From Bigelowiella natans CCMP2755 (taxonomy: Eukaryota > Protista > Cercozoa), in the NCBI GenBank assembly GCA_000320545.1, contig ADNK01002940.1:12163-76162 (forward strand): DNA of 64,000 nucleotides, read 5' to 3'. Below, piece by piece: positions 26,559 to 41,448 of the stretch. The translations under genes were made by a program, and so were the position numbers. The notes below the pieces were generated by a model that saw nothing but the letters and a program-made list of their open reading frames with translations, was not told the DNA's origin and searched no databases. Position 1 is the first letter of the stretch; every line of letters begins with the position of its first letter.

Positions 26559-28943
26559 CTACGAAAATACCTCACATGCAGTTGTCAGAATGCGTTGTCC
26601 GCTGAAGTAAACGATAAGAAAGCCGACAAACAGAGCTAGATGGACTGAGTACAAAAGAATGGGTAGTATTATTTGCAAGATGATGCAATAGAACCCGACG
26701 AAAGAACACAACCAACGAAAATGCTGCAAAGTTACTTGGGTACTACCAATCACAAAGATGCCACTTTGTTCGATTAGTTTCCGAGATTCATCATCATCAT
26801 CATCCTTATATATTAGTAGTAGCAGCAGCAGCAGTAGTAGTAGTAATATGAGTATCAGCAAAGACCGTTGATGTTCCCAATAGGCTGCTGCTACGAACAA
26901 ACCAACAAACCAACAAACAAACAAACAACCTACTACTACTACTACTACTACTACTACAGCTCATACGAGACGGAAGAATAGCCATTGGGTTGTTGGTAGC
27001 GTATTTCTCTTCTTCTTCTTCTTCTTCTATTGTTACCAGGCATTTTGTTGTAACTAGCACTCCAACTGTTGACATTAGCAGAGAAATCTTCATTGCCTAT
27101 TATTATCATTATTATTATTATCACCACATTCTAAGAGGAGAATCACCAATCTAGACAAGTATCTGCATGGACAAGAAAATACAAGCTGGCATTACCTGGC
27201 TTTACCATTACTCATGCAAAATATAAGAGCAAGGTGGTGGGCATGATATTACTTGTACTTGTAGTACTACCTCCAACAACACCAAGCAGCAACCTCCCAG
27301 TGCGGCCAAATTGACATTATCTTTGTAAAAGAAGTTTGGTTAAGGTTTCTCATAATGGTTATCATCAAATTTTTACGACCAAGTTTGTTGATTAGAGAAA
27401 TCAACAATCTCGTATTCACTATCATCATCATTACGTTCATCATAGTCTCTCTAATCATGGAATGTCGCTGTGTTTTCTTCTCACTCCGCAGCATTCTTTA
27501 TTTGAGAACCATTTACCTGACATGTGCCGACGAAAATCTTCCGAGAGTAATGTTGATAGTAACGAAGAATCGATGAGGCCAGTCTCCTCATCATCGTCCG
27601 TATCATCATCCACGACGACGTCTATAGGGTCCAATTTCTACATTCACATGGTTAATAAAGAAAGTAACACATCATCATCCTCAGGGATCATGTATAATAT
27701 GATAATATTCATCCTTTAAGTCAACACCAAATTTAATTATTGACCAACATTTCGAATATGGAAGTACCATAGAACTAGCAGTGAGTGTAAACGTGTTTCA
27801 TTTAGCTATCTAAGCACATCATACACTCTTACTGCGTAATTTAATTATGTACTACCCGATTTAAAAAACGTCCTCTTGTATTAAGAGGGGCAGCAAAATT
27901 GGAGTGACGGCGATGTGCATCCTTCCTCTCAATGTCTTCGTTCTGTACCATCAAGCTTTGGTTGCAGAAAGAAAGAAAGCAAGGAGATAATATTTAGTAG
28001 CTGCCCCAAGAAGTATAATTTGGATAGTAACCTCACATTGAGTGTATTTATGCATCTATTTGGATGATTTATGTGTGTGTGTGTTGTTTTAGCGTGTGCG
28101 TTCACCTGGTAGACATTAAGGGAAATATATATAAATATATATGTGTATATATATATATATGTGTGTTTGCGTGATGTGTTCCATTGATAAATGATAAATT
28201 CTGCTATATATCAATATTTTCATCAGTGATCACGGTAAGTTATCCCCTCCTCTTTATCTACAATTGTGCAGCACTACATACTTAAATCTTCTTGCGTGAG
28301 GACGAAGGAACCATGATATCCTCTCTGGGTAGCTAAAAATTGCCCTGACACACATGCACATCAATGTGCTCACAGTTCCACTTAGGATAAGAACAGCTCC
28401 GGATACATACCTATGATGTGTGCAATAGGGATGATGGAGAGTGGGTGCAAGATGAGGGAACTTTGTCAAAATCATGAAATATAAAAAAACATCTATCTAT
28501 CATATTACGCAGGGAGGAATATTTATAACACAGCTGCATACATACACATACAATATATACATACAATTCATTTAATGCGGTGGAAAGAAATTTCGTTAGC
28601 ATCGTCGTTTGTACGTTATTTTTAATACAGTCATCATACTCACATTGCTTCGCGTAGCTGAGCAACACAGCTATCAGCCTTATGTGACTCAAAAAATAAC
28701 ACATATGCCCAAATTCCGAGGCCCAGATTGAATGAAGATAGAATCAGGAAACACGTCACTGCTCTGTAAGTAGAGGGAGGGAAACAATGGATGTGATTCG
28801 TGGGACAACAATTGACATGATATCTTGGTGTTCTTCATTGTTTTTACGAAATCCAACCTTATTTTTGAATTTCTTGCCGCCCTCATGGTAGCTAAAAAAT
28901 CTATGCATGGGGGCAGATCCATTGATGGCTGTTTTGCAGACAT
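26559..28943 (-). CDS. Spliced hypothetical protein with hydrophobic C-terminal segment; boundaries approximate
   Basis: Coding-like blocks MSAKQPSMDLPPCIDFLATMRAARNSKIRLDF, IRLIAVLLSYAKQCEYDDCIKNN, DDDEETGLIDSSLLSTLLSEDF, FRWLCSFVGFYCIILQIILPILLYSVHLALFVGFLIVYF. No family recognised. Confidence 0.35.
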
Positions 28944-29458
28944 TACAGAAGCCGTTCGAGCAGCAGCCGGACAAGTTGGTGCCTCGCCCCTCTCTACTAC
29001 CCTATTATTCGATTCAAATTATTTAAACGACGAAGACGAATTTAGGATAACTCACCGCATCATCATCCCACTAACCAGATCCTTTTACGAAGAATAGTCG
29101 CACCAATAAAATGCCCTCTGATTTATTCAAATAAAGGAACAGCAGGCACATCACACTTCATTTGTTCATTTATCATTCTTTCTCGGCAGTTTTGACTTCG
29201 GAGAAATTCAAAATTAATTATTCGGGTTCCGAGTCTCACGCACAAGGATATCAGGATCTCGGTTCTCGAAAGTGTGGCTTATATTTTTAAAATAAGGGAT
29301 ATTATCTAGAACGACAACGATTCTTAGATGTTTAATATGTTAGTTTGAGAGATTTTCGTCCTAAAAGCCCACACTACTAATCTCAAAATCTTAAGGTTGG
29401 CTGCACCTTCCTGTCCCCCTCCACTTGAACTAACCTAAAGCTTAACCCAATAGACACC

Positions 29459-30052
29459 ATGTCCAAGCGAGGAAGGGGCGGAACATCTGGCAACAAATTT
29501 AAGATGGCCCTCGGGCTTCCCGTAGCTGCGGTTATCAACTGCGCTGATAACACTGGAGCCAAGAACCTATACATCATCTCCGTCTATGGTGTCGGTGGCC
29601 GCTTAAATCGGCTGCCTTCTGCTGGTGTAGGAGATATGGTTATGGCTACGGTTAAGAAGGGAAAGCCAGAGTTAAGGAAAAAAGGTAGGCTAGAATTATA
29701 AAGCATATATGAAGGATGCCTGATTGGCTATTCTGATGAATGAATTCAGTTCACCCTGCTATCGTAATTCGTCAACGCAAAGCTTGGAGGCGTAAAAATG
29801 GAACCTACATTCACTTCGAGGGTAATTTTTTTCGATTTTCCTCATAATTTTGTGGTTTACATCATGCAATTACGGTACAGAAGTAGTTCAGATCGGCAGA
29901 AAATTAATTTTGTGTATTATTACTTAGATAACGCCGGTGTAATCGTGAACGAAAAAGGAGAGCCTAAGGGATCCGCTGTTACTGGCCCTCTTGCTAAAGA
30001 ATGCGCAGATTTGTGGCCGCGTATTGCAAGCGCAGCTGGATCGGTGTTTTAG
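29459..30052 (+). CDS. RPL23: 60S ribosomal protein L23 (uL14)
   Basis: Exons 29459-29684, 29750-29821, 29928-30052: [38 protein letters not shown]...[75 protein letters not shown]. Confidence 0.98.
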
Positions 30053-31240
30053 ATTTTAGATGATCTTAGTTTATCGCCGCCTGGCTTGCTCTGAATTACA
30101 CATGTAAAAAATGTTAACAAGCCGCCCTTATGTGTCTGAAATAGCTTCATCGACCCGATGAATATATGTTTGTATGGATATAATGGATACAATTAATTTT
30201 CGGAAATGTATCAACGGATAAGAGGGGTCATTGAGAGAGATTGGATACTTCGCCTGACTCCCCCCCCCCCCCCCCCCAACTCTCTCTCTCTCTTACACCC
30301 ACATACAAATACACTCGCCCAGAGAAAAATAGAGAGAAAGAGGTATAAAAAACATGTGGTATGAGTAGTCTTTATTTGATACTGAGGATATACGTGAATA
30401 GATCCATTATTTATGAATGAGTATAAGATGGGCAGAGCTGGGGTTGTGGCACTTTTAATCCTTTGTATTGCGTGCCAGCAAGCATACAGCATACAATCTG
30501 TAAGGTAGCTATTTATAGAATATTGAAACATAGCATCATAGATTATAGAACATCAATCAAATGGATCACATGCAGCTAACTAGCTATAAGCGCTCGTACG
30601 CCTGAGGCAGGCTAGCACATAGCCTACCAGATTTTGATCACTTAGTGATGCGCTTTTGAGATAATTTTTTGAGTTCCAATTTTTCGTTCAAACGGCAGCA
30701 GGAAGTTATCGTCTAGCAGGTCGTTGGTGATGAAACTGAGCCAGCGAAATGCAGATGCTTACTTTGTTGCGCAGGAATTTTATTGGTTTATTATCATATT
30801 CGATCCTCAATGATACGTGCGGAAACCAAAACTTGTATATGTACTACTCCAATTGTGTGTTTCTTCATATCCGGCACGTGGCATAGCCAGCATTGATCCA
30901 TGCAAGCGTTGGTGTGCGCTATAGCAAGCATCACATTGCATGTGCATGTAGTGTCGCGCATTGCATGCCCTTCATAACGCGCATCATTGCATTCTACTAA
31001 ATATAAAGTGCATTGCGCATGTACATGCGGCAACACGCTGTCACATCTACCGGTACTAATATAATGTTCAATATTTTCATCATGTCTAGTGTCTTTGCGT
31101 AGCTTTCGACCCACTTTAGTTATATCATGACACAAGAATCTACGGAAAAGCTACCCGATCTCCGCGATCCCCTAAATTTCAAGATTTAAAAAAAATGCTT
31201 GTTTAACTTTCTAAAAAGGCAAAACATATACTGCTATTAT

Positions 31241-33405
31241 CTAGATTATTAGATACCTGCTAGTAGTCCCATCGTCGTCGTCCTGTCTTGGCACCGGTCT
31301 AGCCACACGAACCAAGTGAAGGGCATCATGGTATTTACCGTCGAAGAAATAGTGGCTTACTAGATGCTCAGCCATTTCAAATTTCGATTTATAATACATC
31401 TTAATTGCAGCTATGTTGTCCGCCTGATTATTATGTATTCCAGAAATAATATTAGATCGTAATATACAAAGCAAACGTGAAACTGCAACGAAATCATTAT
31501 TCTAGACTTTTTTTTAGGCTGCTTATTCTCGCTAATGATAATAATAATGCGTACGCAGGGAAACAACGACTTTACCAATACTACCAAAGCTACAATATGA
31601 ATCAATTAAAGAGGTGAGCTCATCAGATAATCACTGACGCAAAAAATTAATAATACTACGATGCAATAACAAAATCTGCCACAATCACCACCACCACCAT
31701 TTCATCACCTTCACGTGAAGCCTAGTTGCGGAAACATTACGCTCGTTTTCAAGAAGCTCAACTGTATGCTGAATAATGAGGAATGCACAGTCGTAGAAGA
31801 ATGGCTTAGTGTGAAGATTCAGGACAAGTAGTAGCACATTGATTTTATGTACTGGTAGTGGTATTAGTAGTGGTAACAGACAAATTCAACAGCAGCAGCA
31901 GTAGTAGCAGTCAGGTTGCTGCTCTAAGGAATGGGGGAAAGGAAATGGAAGCTTCTTCCGCAGTATTTCTTGTTTCTGATATTTTGTATTTTTCTCAATA
32001 TTAGTATCATCATTGTTTCAATACCTCTAGCAGAAATCTACCAAGTCCACACCTACGATATGAAGGTGCTACGCCAAGAGTTGATATATACCTGCAGCAG
32101 TGAAACATGTCAAATTAATGATAGGAACAACTTTACAGCAGCATTTTTACCATATCGACTATAACTACTTAATGCGTAAAACTGTTGCTGTAACTCCTTA
32201 GAGAATATTGCTTCCGTTGTTATTTTTGTACGGGAATACAACTACACTGGGTCAACATCTCGTGAGTAATAGATAATAATGATGATGATGAAGCAATTGC
32301 TACTACCCTTCCCTCCTAGAGTAGCAGCTGCTTTCATTGTCATCCTCTACGCGGGCAGTCGAAACTCCAATGATCTTAAATCAAACATTGTCGTGAATAA
32401 TCAAATAGAGAAGTAATGAGTGATATGATTGGCAATGGATGCTAGTGATGGTATGTTGGAATGGCGACATGGCGACATGTGAATAGAAGAATTGAAGGAT
32501 GGTATTTCGATGGCTTAGAAAAAAGAACAAACATAAATTGAATTCCGGGAAGAAAAGGGTGCGATATTATAAACATAAATTAATGAAGAGGTTTAAAGTA
32601 TAGAAGAACCAGCACGAGGAACGAGAGGGAGAATTAAAATATGTGTTGCTACCTTCTGTGTCTTCTCATCTATTCCAACAACGGCGAGCATATCCTTGTG
32701 CAAAAGGCTATTGTAAAAACTTTCGGAGTACTTTACAGGGAATAGTATTTCCTAAATAAGATTGCAATATAATATCGTTTATATACATTATGATATAAAT
32801 TGATACAATAGTATTCCTAAAAAATTAACCATTTGAGTATCTAGCAGTTACTCACGTCCACTTGGCACGCAAAAACCATTAAATTGCTACTTACGTGTAA
32901 TAAAACTAGTTCTTTGATATCTTGTCGAACGACTGGCCGGAATATAACACCGTCAAAATTCCAATTGTAGAAGTAACATGATAGCCTGCAAAAAAGCGTG
33001 AGAGAGGGGGGAAGAAGAAGTGAAGAAATAGGATAGTGTCATCGTCGTCGTGAAAAGCTTTCCGACATGCAGCAGTAGTAGAAATCCCAGTAAGCAGACA
33101 GATGATGTTAGAACCATCTCGCTGCTAACACGATTCTCGTTTAATTAGAGCAGAATGATCAGTATTTATTACCTTCCAGGAATATTGTTTTTATTGTATT
33201 TATTGCCAATGCCAAGCATAGGATTCATTTCGCTTGCGTCGTAATACTCTGATCCGTGGTTGTTTTTCTCTTCCTTCTCATTATCTTGAGTTGTATTTTT
33301 CATACTTTTTCCGGCCACCGCCTCATCCTTCGTCATCATCTTGCTCTCAAGTTTGTCAAAGGCTGTGGAGCTTGGCTCAGCTACTACAGCATCATCTCCA
33401 TGCAT
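31241..33405 (-). CDS. GNAT N-terminal acetyltransferase, NAA60 (NatF)/NAA50-like
   Basis: Exons VIFRPVVRQDIKELVLLH|EILFPVKYSESFYNSLL, IIGVSTARV, YISTLGVAPSYRRCGLGRFLLE (motif A), RLHVK|ADNIAAIKMYYKSKF...HYFFDGKYHDA. Last exon boundary uncertain. Confidence 0.85.
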
Positions 33406-34126
33406 CCCTTATCCTAATTCTCGATCAATCAATTCCCCTAAAGTGAATAAAGTTAAATGAAGAATACATCGCGTTTGGTTTATCGTAAAGGTCGATTGAA
33501 CGTCCGTCGATATCAGGATAAGGTCCAATTTTCATATGATCTCTCTTTCTTTCGATTTCTATTGGTTCTCAAACAAATTGTGTATCGTTGTCAAACATTT
33601 AAATCAGACGTGAGCATGATTATCATACCTGTGGCTATTCTTGAGGCACACAAACATCCCCACACACAATAACTACTTTCTTTCTTCCATCATCATAACT
33701 TTTATTTGTTGCTACGAAGGCACGATTGTCTCCTTTTGTATTCCCCAGAAAAGAAAGAATTTAAAGGCGAATTATAGTATATACGACAACACTTCGAGCT
33801 TAAAACCGACAGAGATTCAAGGACTTTTTCATCTCGATTCAAGCTGAAGGATGGGTTTGACTTAACGTCACATCATTGATCTCTGGAGAGGCTCGGGAAA
33901 GATAGCTGCCGCTCTCTCAAATCGGCGAATTGGATATGGAAGTTTTTTTATTTTATCGGCTCCGAAGTCTTATCGCTAGCTGCGCTTGAACTAAAAGTGT
34001 CGCACATTTTGAATAAATTAATTATTTTTCTATTGTCGTAGATAGAAATTATAAGGTGTTACTCCTTTCAGCCTCCTTTCATACTCACTGTAACCCCAAC
34101 TCTACGCACGGACTGGACTGGACACC

Positions 34127-34888
34127 ATGCTGGTGATGATCCCTCCCCCCTCTCATATGCACACATGATGATACTGAATACTTTATTTTTCTTCCAAATT
34201 ATTTAATATATCGTTGATGAAATGCATACAGGGAGGTTTTAACATGTTGGGAAGTGAGGGTGGAAAAGTGTAATGTGTGCTGTTGTGCAGGTTTCTGATT
34301 CCTCACACTTGTGTTTGTTATCTTAGATTCCTAAAAAGGCCCGCCTAGATATTCTGACATACCTTTTCAGTGGTGAGTAAAAGTATATAAATCATGTTAT
34401 ATACGTATATATTGATGAAATTGTTTTAATAACTACATGCAGAGGGTGTACTCGTTGTTTCTAAGGATCCTCATCTTAAGAAACATAAGCAAATTGGAGT
34501 CCCAAATATCTACGTAATGAAGCTTATGCAATCATTGAGGTCGAATGATTACGTCCATGAAGTTTTTAACTGGCAGTGGATGTACTACTCGCTTACCACT
34601 CCTGGTATTGAGTACCTACGAAAAGTGCTTCATCTTCCTGATGACACAGTGCCTAAGACTCTTAAGAAGCAAGCTGGCCCACCCCCTGGTGAGCGTTATG
34701 GAGGTCGCGGTCGCGGTCGCGGTCGCGGTGGCCGTTACGGTCGGGATGAATATCGTGGACCTCGTGAGGGAGGAAGCGGATTTGGCGGAGGTTTCCGTGG
34801 ACGCGGAAGGGGTTCATTCCGTGGCCGTGGCCGTGGCGGTCGAGGTGGTCGAGGCATGGGAGGTGAAGCTGCTTCTGGAGGGTACTAA
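34127..34888 (+). CDS. RPS10: 40S ribosomal protein S10 (eS10) with RGG-rich tail
   Basis: 6-nt first exon ATGCTG (34127-34132), exon 34327-34372, exon 34443-34888: MLIPKKARLDILTYLFSEGVLVVSKD...VPNIYVMKLMQSLRSNDYVHEVFNWQWMYYSLTTPGIEYLRKVLHLPDDTVPKTLKK. Confidence 0.97.
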
Positions 34889-35949
34889 TTTTAAATGAAT
34901 TTTTGTCGAATCACTTCGTACATGTAGCCACCTCACAAATTTAGACGTTCTGGTTGATAGACCTTTTTAGTAAGAGACGGGCTTCCTTCGATCATAGTTT
35001 ACTAAGGGCAATGATGATAACGAATTATAGGGTGTATTAGTTGGCAAATACGATAGGGCGATATAGGAGCATTTCTGTTGCTGTAAAAAGTTTTTCTACT
35101 AGAATTTATCCTCCTCCACCAAGACTGAATGATGCTGATCGATGACCATAGATCACTCGTTCAGCAGCATGTGTGCACTACACACAGAGCATGGAAACAT
35201 GGAAACAATAAGTATTTTTTAGTTTTTATGTGTGATGTATATGGAAAGAAGTGCATGTGCTAAGCAACGGACCTATTTTCTGCGGCATCGCAAGCGCAAC
35301 AATTTATGATCGAGCAGCTTTTTTTTGACAATATATGGACAACATGAAAAGAGAATCGAATAAGGGCCAACTCGGCTACAGCATTGTTAGCAGCGCACAT
35401 ATTATACACAAAATGCACGCCGCCGCTGTGTGCAAAAACTAGAAGAACAACAATGAATGCATGCCCTTGCATGGAATGACGGTGAACATATATACAGATG
35501 CGATGATGCGATGCGATGCAAATTTAGCACTTTATTATTGCGTGCCCGCTGACTGTCTTATTGGACAGCTTTATTACGTACATCTCACAATTAAAAAGAT
35601 TTGGCCAGTTATAGCACGTGATTCGATCATTGCAATCATTGCAGTCCAATCATTGCGCAACCATGATGACACAGCTAGCAACCCGTGACATTTGTCTGGC
35701 AATAACAGCCGCTAGGCGTGGCAGCCGCATTGTATGGTTGATTATCAATAGAAGCTGGGTCCATAATTGACTTCTAATAGTCTCTTTCTTACTGAATAAT
35801 TCCATCCCGGGCGGGATTCAAGATACGTCTTTTCACTAGATGCCGATCACGTAAGTACAGATTCTTTTTAATACGTATTTTCGAGATGCCCATATTAAAT
35901 TATGTCAATAGAAGTCCACAGTGCACTTGGACTTGAATCATTAAAATTT

Positions 35950-38900
35950 AGTTAGACATATGGTTATCAGAAAAGAGCTCTGATTTTGTTTTGGATTATG
36001 AGGAAGAATATAATTCTTTGGTGCAGAGGCATCAATGTAACATGAAATTGCGTATGACCAAAACTTATGATTCGGTCAAGCTGCACAATGCCTTGAATAG
36101 CTCTTCATTGTCCATTGGTATTTGTTTGGTTTCTGTTCGTTTTTCAGCTCGTTCTTCATCTTGTCTCGATGGTGAGTACTGTTTTGGTTGCTGTGGAATA
36201 GCAATTACGGAGTGACATATTGTAGCAAAGTCTACATAAAGTTTACCAAATAAATATCGATACCTCTCGATAACTATGAGCACATTTAGAGCTATTTAAA
36301 TTTTGAACCTATAAAAATAAACTTAGAAATCGTTTGCATCGTTCGGCAATGAATAACGATATTGACTACGCTTATTCACCAGCTTTGATCCTCTAGAATT
36401 TTTGCGTGCTGACGGAGACATGAAGCCTGTTGCGGTTCAAAGTTTGAAAATTAAAATGTAAAAAAATGTGGGTCTCCCCACTTACTAAATAATTAAGAAT
36501 GACTCGACCTTCTTCATTTTCTTTTCTTTTGCGCTTGCCAGCTAGATTTGATCCTCTGGTTGATTTTCGGGTCAATCCCTGGATTATTGTAAGAGTTGGT
36601 TTTCTGTTAAATATCATCTGACTGTTCAACATATGGGTTATTTGTTTTCCTCACTAAATGTTTAAACATTAGTCGGGATTTCCCCCAGATAGCTTTTAGA
36701 ACATTTTTGAAAATAAGGATGTTCCTCTATTATTAAAAACTCATTTTTAAACCTTATCTTTTCTACACTTTGCCGTTGCTCTGGCTCCGCGGCTCTGATA
36801 AATAAATCATAACTTAGCTGGTAGTTCATTGTAACGATTCTTCTAGATATACCCTTGAAGTTGTTGGCCGTTTTGAGGTGCTATCAGATTTAGATCTGCT
36901 AACTTTTGGTTTTTTCCTACAATACACCAATTCAGATACCTCACAAGCTTTTAGAGTTGAACATATTTCTGACCTTTTTCGGCGGTGACTGCAAGGCGAC
37001 CGAGAATCCTGAAAACATCAAACTCACGAGAAGACCATACTATTTTGGCAATGTGCCTAGCCAACCTTTGTATCTCCTGCAGTCAACATTAACAGAAGTG
37101 AAGCCTTTTCTCTATTATCCTTTGCCTGAGGTATACAATTGCGCTTACAGAGGGCACGCGACTTTAATTTAGACAGGAAGCATGCCTTTTGTTCAGACGC
37201 AGCTAATTCAGAGAGCTTCAGTGACTTGCGTTTGGAATTCCCTCTGCCCTTCATACTCTTTCCAGTGCATAGAATAGTAAGCATCCTAAGTATATATGAT
37301 AAGCGTTGGGTTGTACTCTATTCTCCGATGTATTAAAGCTACCGGGCCGCATCATGACTTGGAGAGAAAAGCTCCTCAGAGACCCTTGAGAAAGTAGTCG
37401 TTTTGAGATTGGGAGCTGGTTCAGTGTTGGAACGCTTAATGCGCTCACATTTTTTGCCAACATTTTCCTTGAGTGCAGAGGGTTTTTTAAAAATATTTTT
37501 ATATAGAACTGCAGTCCTCTTCGCTTGATCTGTCTTCGTGCAGGCTTGGCTTTGCTCGGACACTGCTAATTTCTCCTGGCGCCAGACTTTGTCTTTTCTA
37601 TTAGACTCGTTACCCTACGAAAATGATGAATACAAAATTGGTAATTCGGCATTAAAGATCCGATTCACATTTCTAAATTTGAATAACCTTTTTGATCCAG
37701 GATTCGGTCTCTCCTACACTTCTGGGGTCTACCATCATCGCATCAGAAATTATAGAAGCTACTGATACTCGTTGCCTGGTCTCTGCTACCATAGAGATCG
37801 GGGGAGAAAATTTGTAATTCCTTGAGAATTCAGGAGAAGGCAGCTGGAACAGGTCGAGCAGAAATTCCTGATCAGTCTGTAGGTGTTTCATTATCTAAGC
37901 TCATCGTCTAGTATCTCTTACAAAAACGATGGAATACCTCTGAGGCATTATCCTTTTTATCGTTACGTGACGGCGTAATTTTTGTTGGATTGAGTAACTC
38001 AGATAACGGGCGCTTTGAAGTTAATCCATCAACTAGGTCCATTCCACCTTCGTTAATATCTTGCACTTAGTCAAATTGTGCTTATGGTTAGTTTTTCGGA
38101 TACCTCGCGAGCGCAACTGAAAGGACATCTTGATATCCCTCAAATTTTAAGTCTGGCCTACCACGATCCTTTCTGGTAGATTCAAGACTTCTAGCTTTAC
38201 TCGGGATACGGCCTGGGGATGGGTATTCGTTTGGGTTTTGGCGTACACCTTCCCTCCAAATACCTTGCGATATGATAACCGGGATCCCGGATAGGCTTTC
38301 CCACCACAATGTCTTTTACGGTAAATTCACTTAATACCAGTCTGTTGGTAGTACCGGGCGAATCAAGACTAGAATTGATTCACAACGGCTCACTGTGCTC
38401 CTTGCAAAATCAGACGTTAACTTGTCAGCTGTCTTAAATTCCTCCCAGTAATATCTATGAGTTGTAATCCATGGTAATTGCTACTATTCTGATATCTTCA
38501 TCGTCATCGAAGATTTGATGATGATGGTAATGAAGGTGCAAAAGATTTCTCATAAAATAGTCCTACATGTATAACTAGCAGACAACAACACACATAACAG
38601 CTAGTTGGACGGGTATTTGAATAACCAGTAGCCACCCAACGTAGGCTGACTCCTCCTCGTGACATTCATCAATCCAGTCAAAGACATAGATACTAAACGC
38701 AGGCTGATTTCTCTTTACGACTGATCACCTGCATCTTATACGAGTATCTTCACTACTCTTCACTCAAAAATGAGGGAACTACTCGTGCCTTGATGATGAT
38801 GAGGCCATCTGCTGTTCGGCAAGAAATAGAAGAATCGATCAATGATGTCAAGGTAAAACAAGAGAGTCATCAATGCAGAGAGGAGGAGGAGGAGAAGGAA

Positions 38901-39340
38901 TGTATGTCACTGAATCTTACCTACATGCGAAATAATGCTCTTAAGATGTGTTTGAAAGTTCGCCTGTGCTGGGGAGCCACAAGTTCGATATTTCACGTCA
39001 AAAGAGCCCTGGATGGACCCCTACTTCGTAAGAGAAAGACCCCTTCCTTTTGTTGTTCATTGGGGGGGGAGGGGGGGTTTTGCTGTAGAAAATACCTGCA
39101 AATTGTAGGTTCAAGCAATTGTTACATTGACGGTCAAAGGTTGCAATGTTGGTGCTGTTAACATCGGAGCTTGCTTCCCGCACGGATATATGCCTGTAAT
39201 GACGACCAGAAACAATCTTGAAATAATGATGATAATAGCGATCAGAGACATGCAACCTTGACATAGTAGTACATACCTGAGTGTTTCTTATTAGCATCTA
39301 GAACGCCCCGCCACCTGTTGTTTGAGTCACGGATATACAT
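35950..39340 (-). CDS. Spliced hypothetical low-complexity (S/K/P-rich) protein with short introns; boundaries approximate
   Basis: Microsatellite-poor coding-like sequence broken by short GT-AG segments, e.g. MYIRDSNNRWRGVLDANKKHS|gtatgt, KENVGKKCERIKRSNTEPAPNLKTTTFSRVSEELFSPSHDAAR, QDEERAEKRTETKQIPMDNEELFKALCSL. Confidence 0.35.
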
Positions 39341-39501
39341 CTTTGTATTCAAAATAACTCGTCCACTAACACGGCATACAAGCCTGCTTGCAAAATTTTC
39401 CCGGCATTAACAATTTTGTTTGGGAATGCGAATCCAATTATTCGTCATCTATACTACATGTATCTTCAGGTTCGTATTGATGTGGAACAAGTCATTTATA
39501 C

Positions 39502-39684
39502 ATGTATCTTCAGGTTCGTATTGATGTGGAACAAGACGCAAAAGGGGATAATGCAAAAACCACGGAGAAAATAACACTTATTGTGAAACACGAAAACCAA
39601 ATGCAAGAATCCATGTACAGCGCTCTCGCAGAACTGGTTCCAGAGTTTCAAAAACTCAGTCAGGTGATAGATGAATACGTCTCT

Positions 39685-39727
<43 letters not shown>

Positions 39728-39901
39728 ACTACAACGTGCGAAACAATATTAAATGCCATTTTCAATGGTTTTAATGTGAGCCTTGTTCAGGAAAATCTAC
39801 GAAGTGCAATGTACACTCTTGCGGAATCGGAAGGAAAAGGAAAGGGAGGACATGATTTAGTAAATGAAGATGCTGATGAACGCTCTGATTCTAGAAAGTG
39901 A
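39502..39901 (+). CDS. Short two-exon hypothetical coiled-coil ORF or 3' gene fragment
   Basis: MYLQVRIDVEQDAKG...LAELVPEFQKLSQ|gt..(GA)n..ag|ENLRSAMYTLAESE...DSRK-TGA; both ends carry local tandem duplications. Confidence 0.35.
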
Positions 39902-40209
39902 GGACATGATTTAGGAAATGAAGATGCTGATGAACGCTCTGATTCTAGAAAGTATTGCAGCTCTACAAACGAAAAGACTACATCACGATTCTTTCGAATA
40001 GATGCCAGTTGTTATTGCGACAACATATATGCAGGATTGTTTAGTTCGTTCGAGCACCTATTATTATTATTATTATGCACTCTGTGGTACACCTGCATTC
40101 ACGAAGTTGTTTGACTCATAGCAGCATTGCTTTTTTGAAAGAAATTGTTTCGAACAAGACAGTAGACACTGCGGCATTGTTATTGTCCGAAATAGGGGGT
40201 GGTGGTGGT

Positions 40210-40243
<34 letters not shown>

Positions 40244-41101
40244 TTATTGTGTCCCAAACTGTACGTCTCTTACAGCAAATAGCTTTTTGGAAGAATCTAA
40301 GAGAGCGCTACAATATTGAAAACAATATTTTCAAAATGCTACCATGGCTCACGCTAGCGGTGTGCTGTATTATTATTACTCCCTAACCAACGAGATGAAA
40401 CTTTACGCATGCGCGCATATATATTGTCGCATCTCGTTGTTGTCAAAACAGTCACGTCTTTTTTCTGTGCAGCGAAGGTATCAGCTGCGCTACACATTAT
40501 GTGCAGTAGTGTGTACGACAGTGTAGCTAGTCGTGATCGTCGTCTGCGCATCATGCACTATATGTATCACGACTCATGATCTGATTCCATGCACTCTATG
40601 TCAACTACTAATCTAGCACTGTGTGTACAAGATGTACGTGACTCGATATATGTCGGCGCTCTCATGACGATGAGCTACTAGCTAGCTAGTGGGTAAAAAT
40701 GAAGATGAGGAGCGCGCGAGGAAATAATAATCGAACTACAAAACGCGTAGCATATGATCTTGCACAGAGCATGTACAGCAACAAACAACACTAAAACAAT
40801 AAACAACAAAAAATAGAGCTGCCATCCATGCCACAACCGCCAACAATTTAAAACAGCAGCACGTGCAACGTATATAGGTATGTAGGTCGACATTTATACC
40901 GCTCACATCTGAGTACTGAGCACCGCGCTGTCACCTGTGCAGACTCTGTGCGCATGCACACACATGCGTACGTGGACACCCGAAATGTCTCGGGTATAAT
41001 GCATGCAAAATAAGTAGTCAAACGAAGAAGGACCTTCCAGCATCCAAGCGAATTGACGGATCTGCTGCATCATGCATTGCCCTGCTACCTCCTCATGACA
41101 A

Positions 41102-41405
41102 TCATTTGTCATTCTCAGCTGCTGTAACTACATCATCAACAAACAGTCTTTTGTCCTGGAATTTGAGAACTTCGTTCCCCCATGACCACCAGTTTGGCAA
41201 CAAATTGCGCGCAAACATTTCCAGACATGCCACAGGCTTCTTTTTGTTCTCTGTCTTCTTCTTTGCACTGCCATATCGTTGAGGAATAAGTGAATGATCA
41301 ATATGGCGGTGCTGAGAGCAGCAGTTGGCACGATCGACTACTACCTGCTGTTAAATGTTGACATCAAAAAAGATTTAAAGCCGGATGCATATTTCACATA
41401 CTAAG

Positions 41406-41448
<43 letters not shown>

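Noticed and set aside
25877-30741. Shared 13-mer GATGAAACTGAGC in two intergenic spacers
   Set aside because: Flanks do not align; compatible with chance.
35011-35129. C/D snoRNA downstream of RPS10 with guide CTCCACCAA to 18S rRNA
   Set aside because: Only about 9 nt of complementarity by recollection, and no terminal stem.
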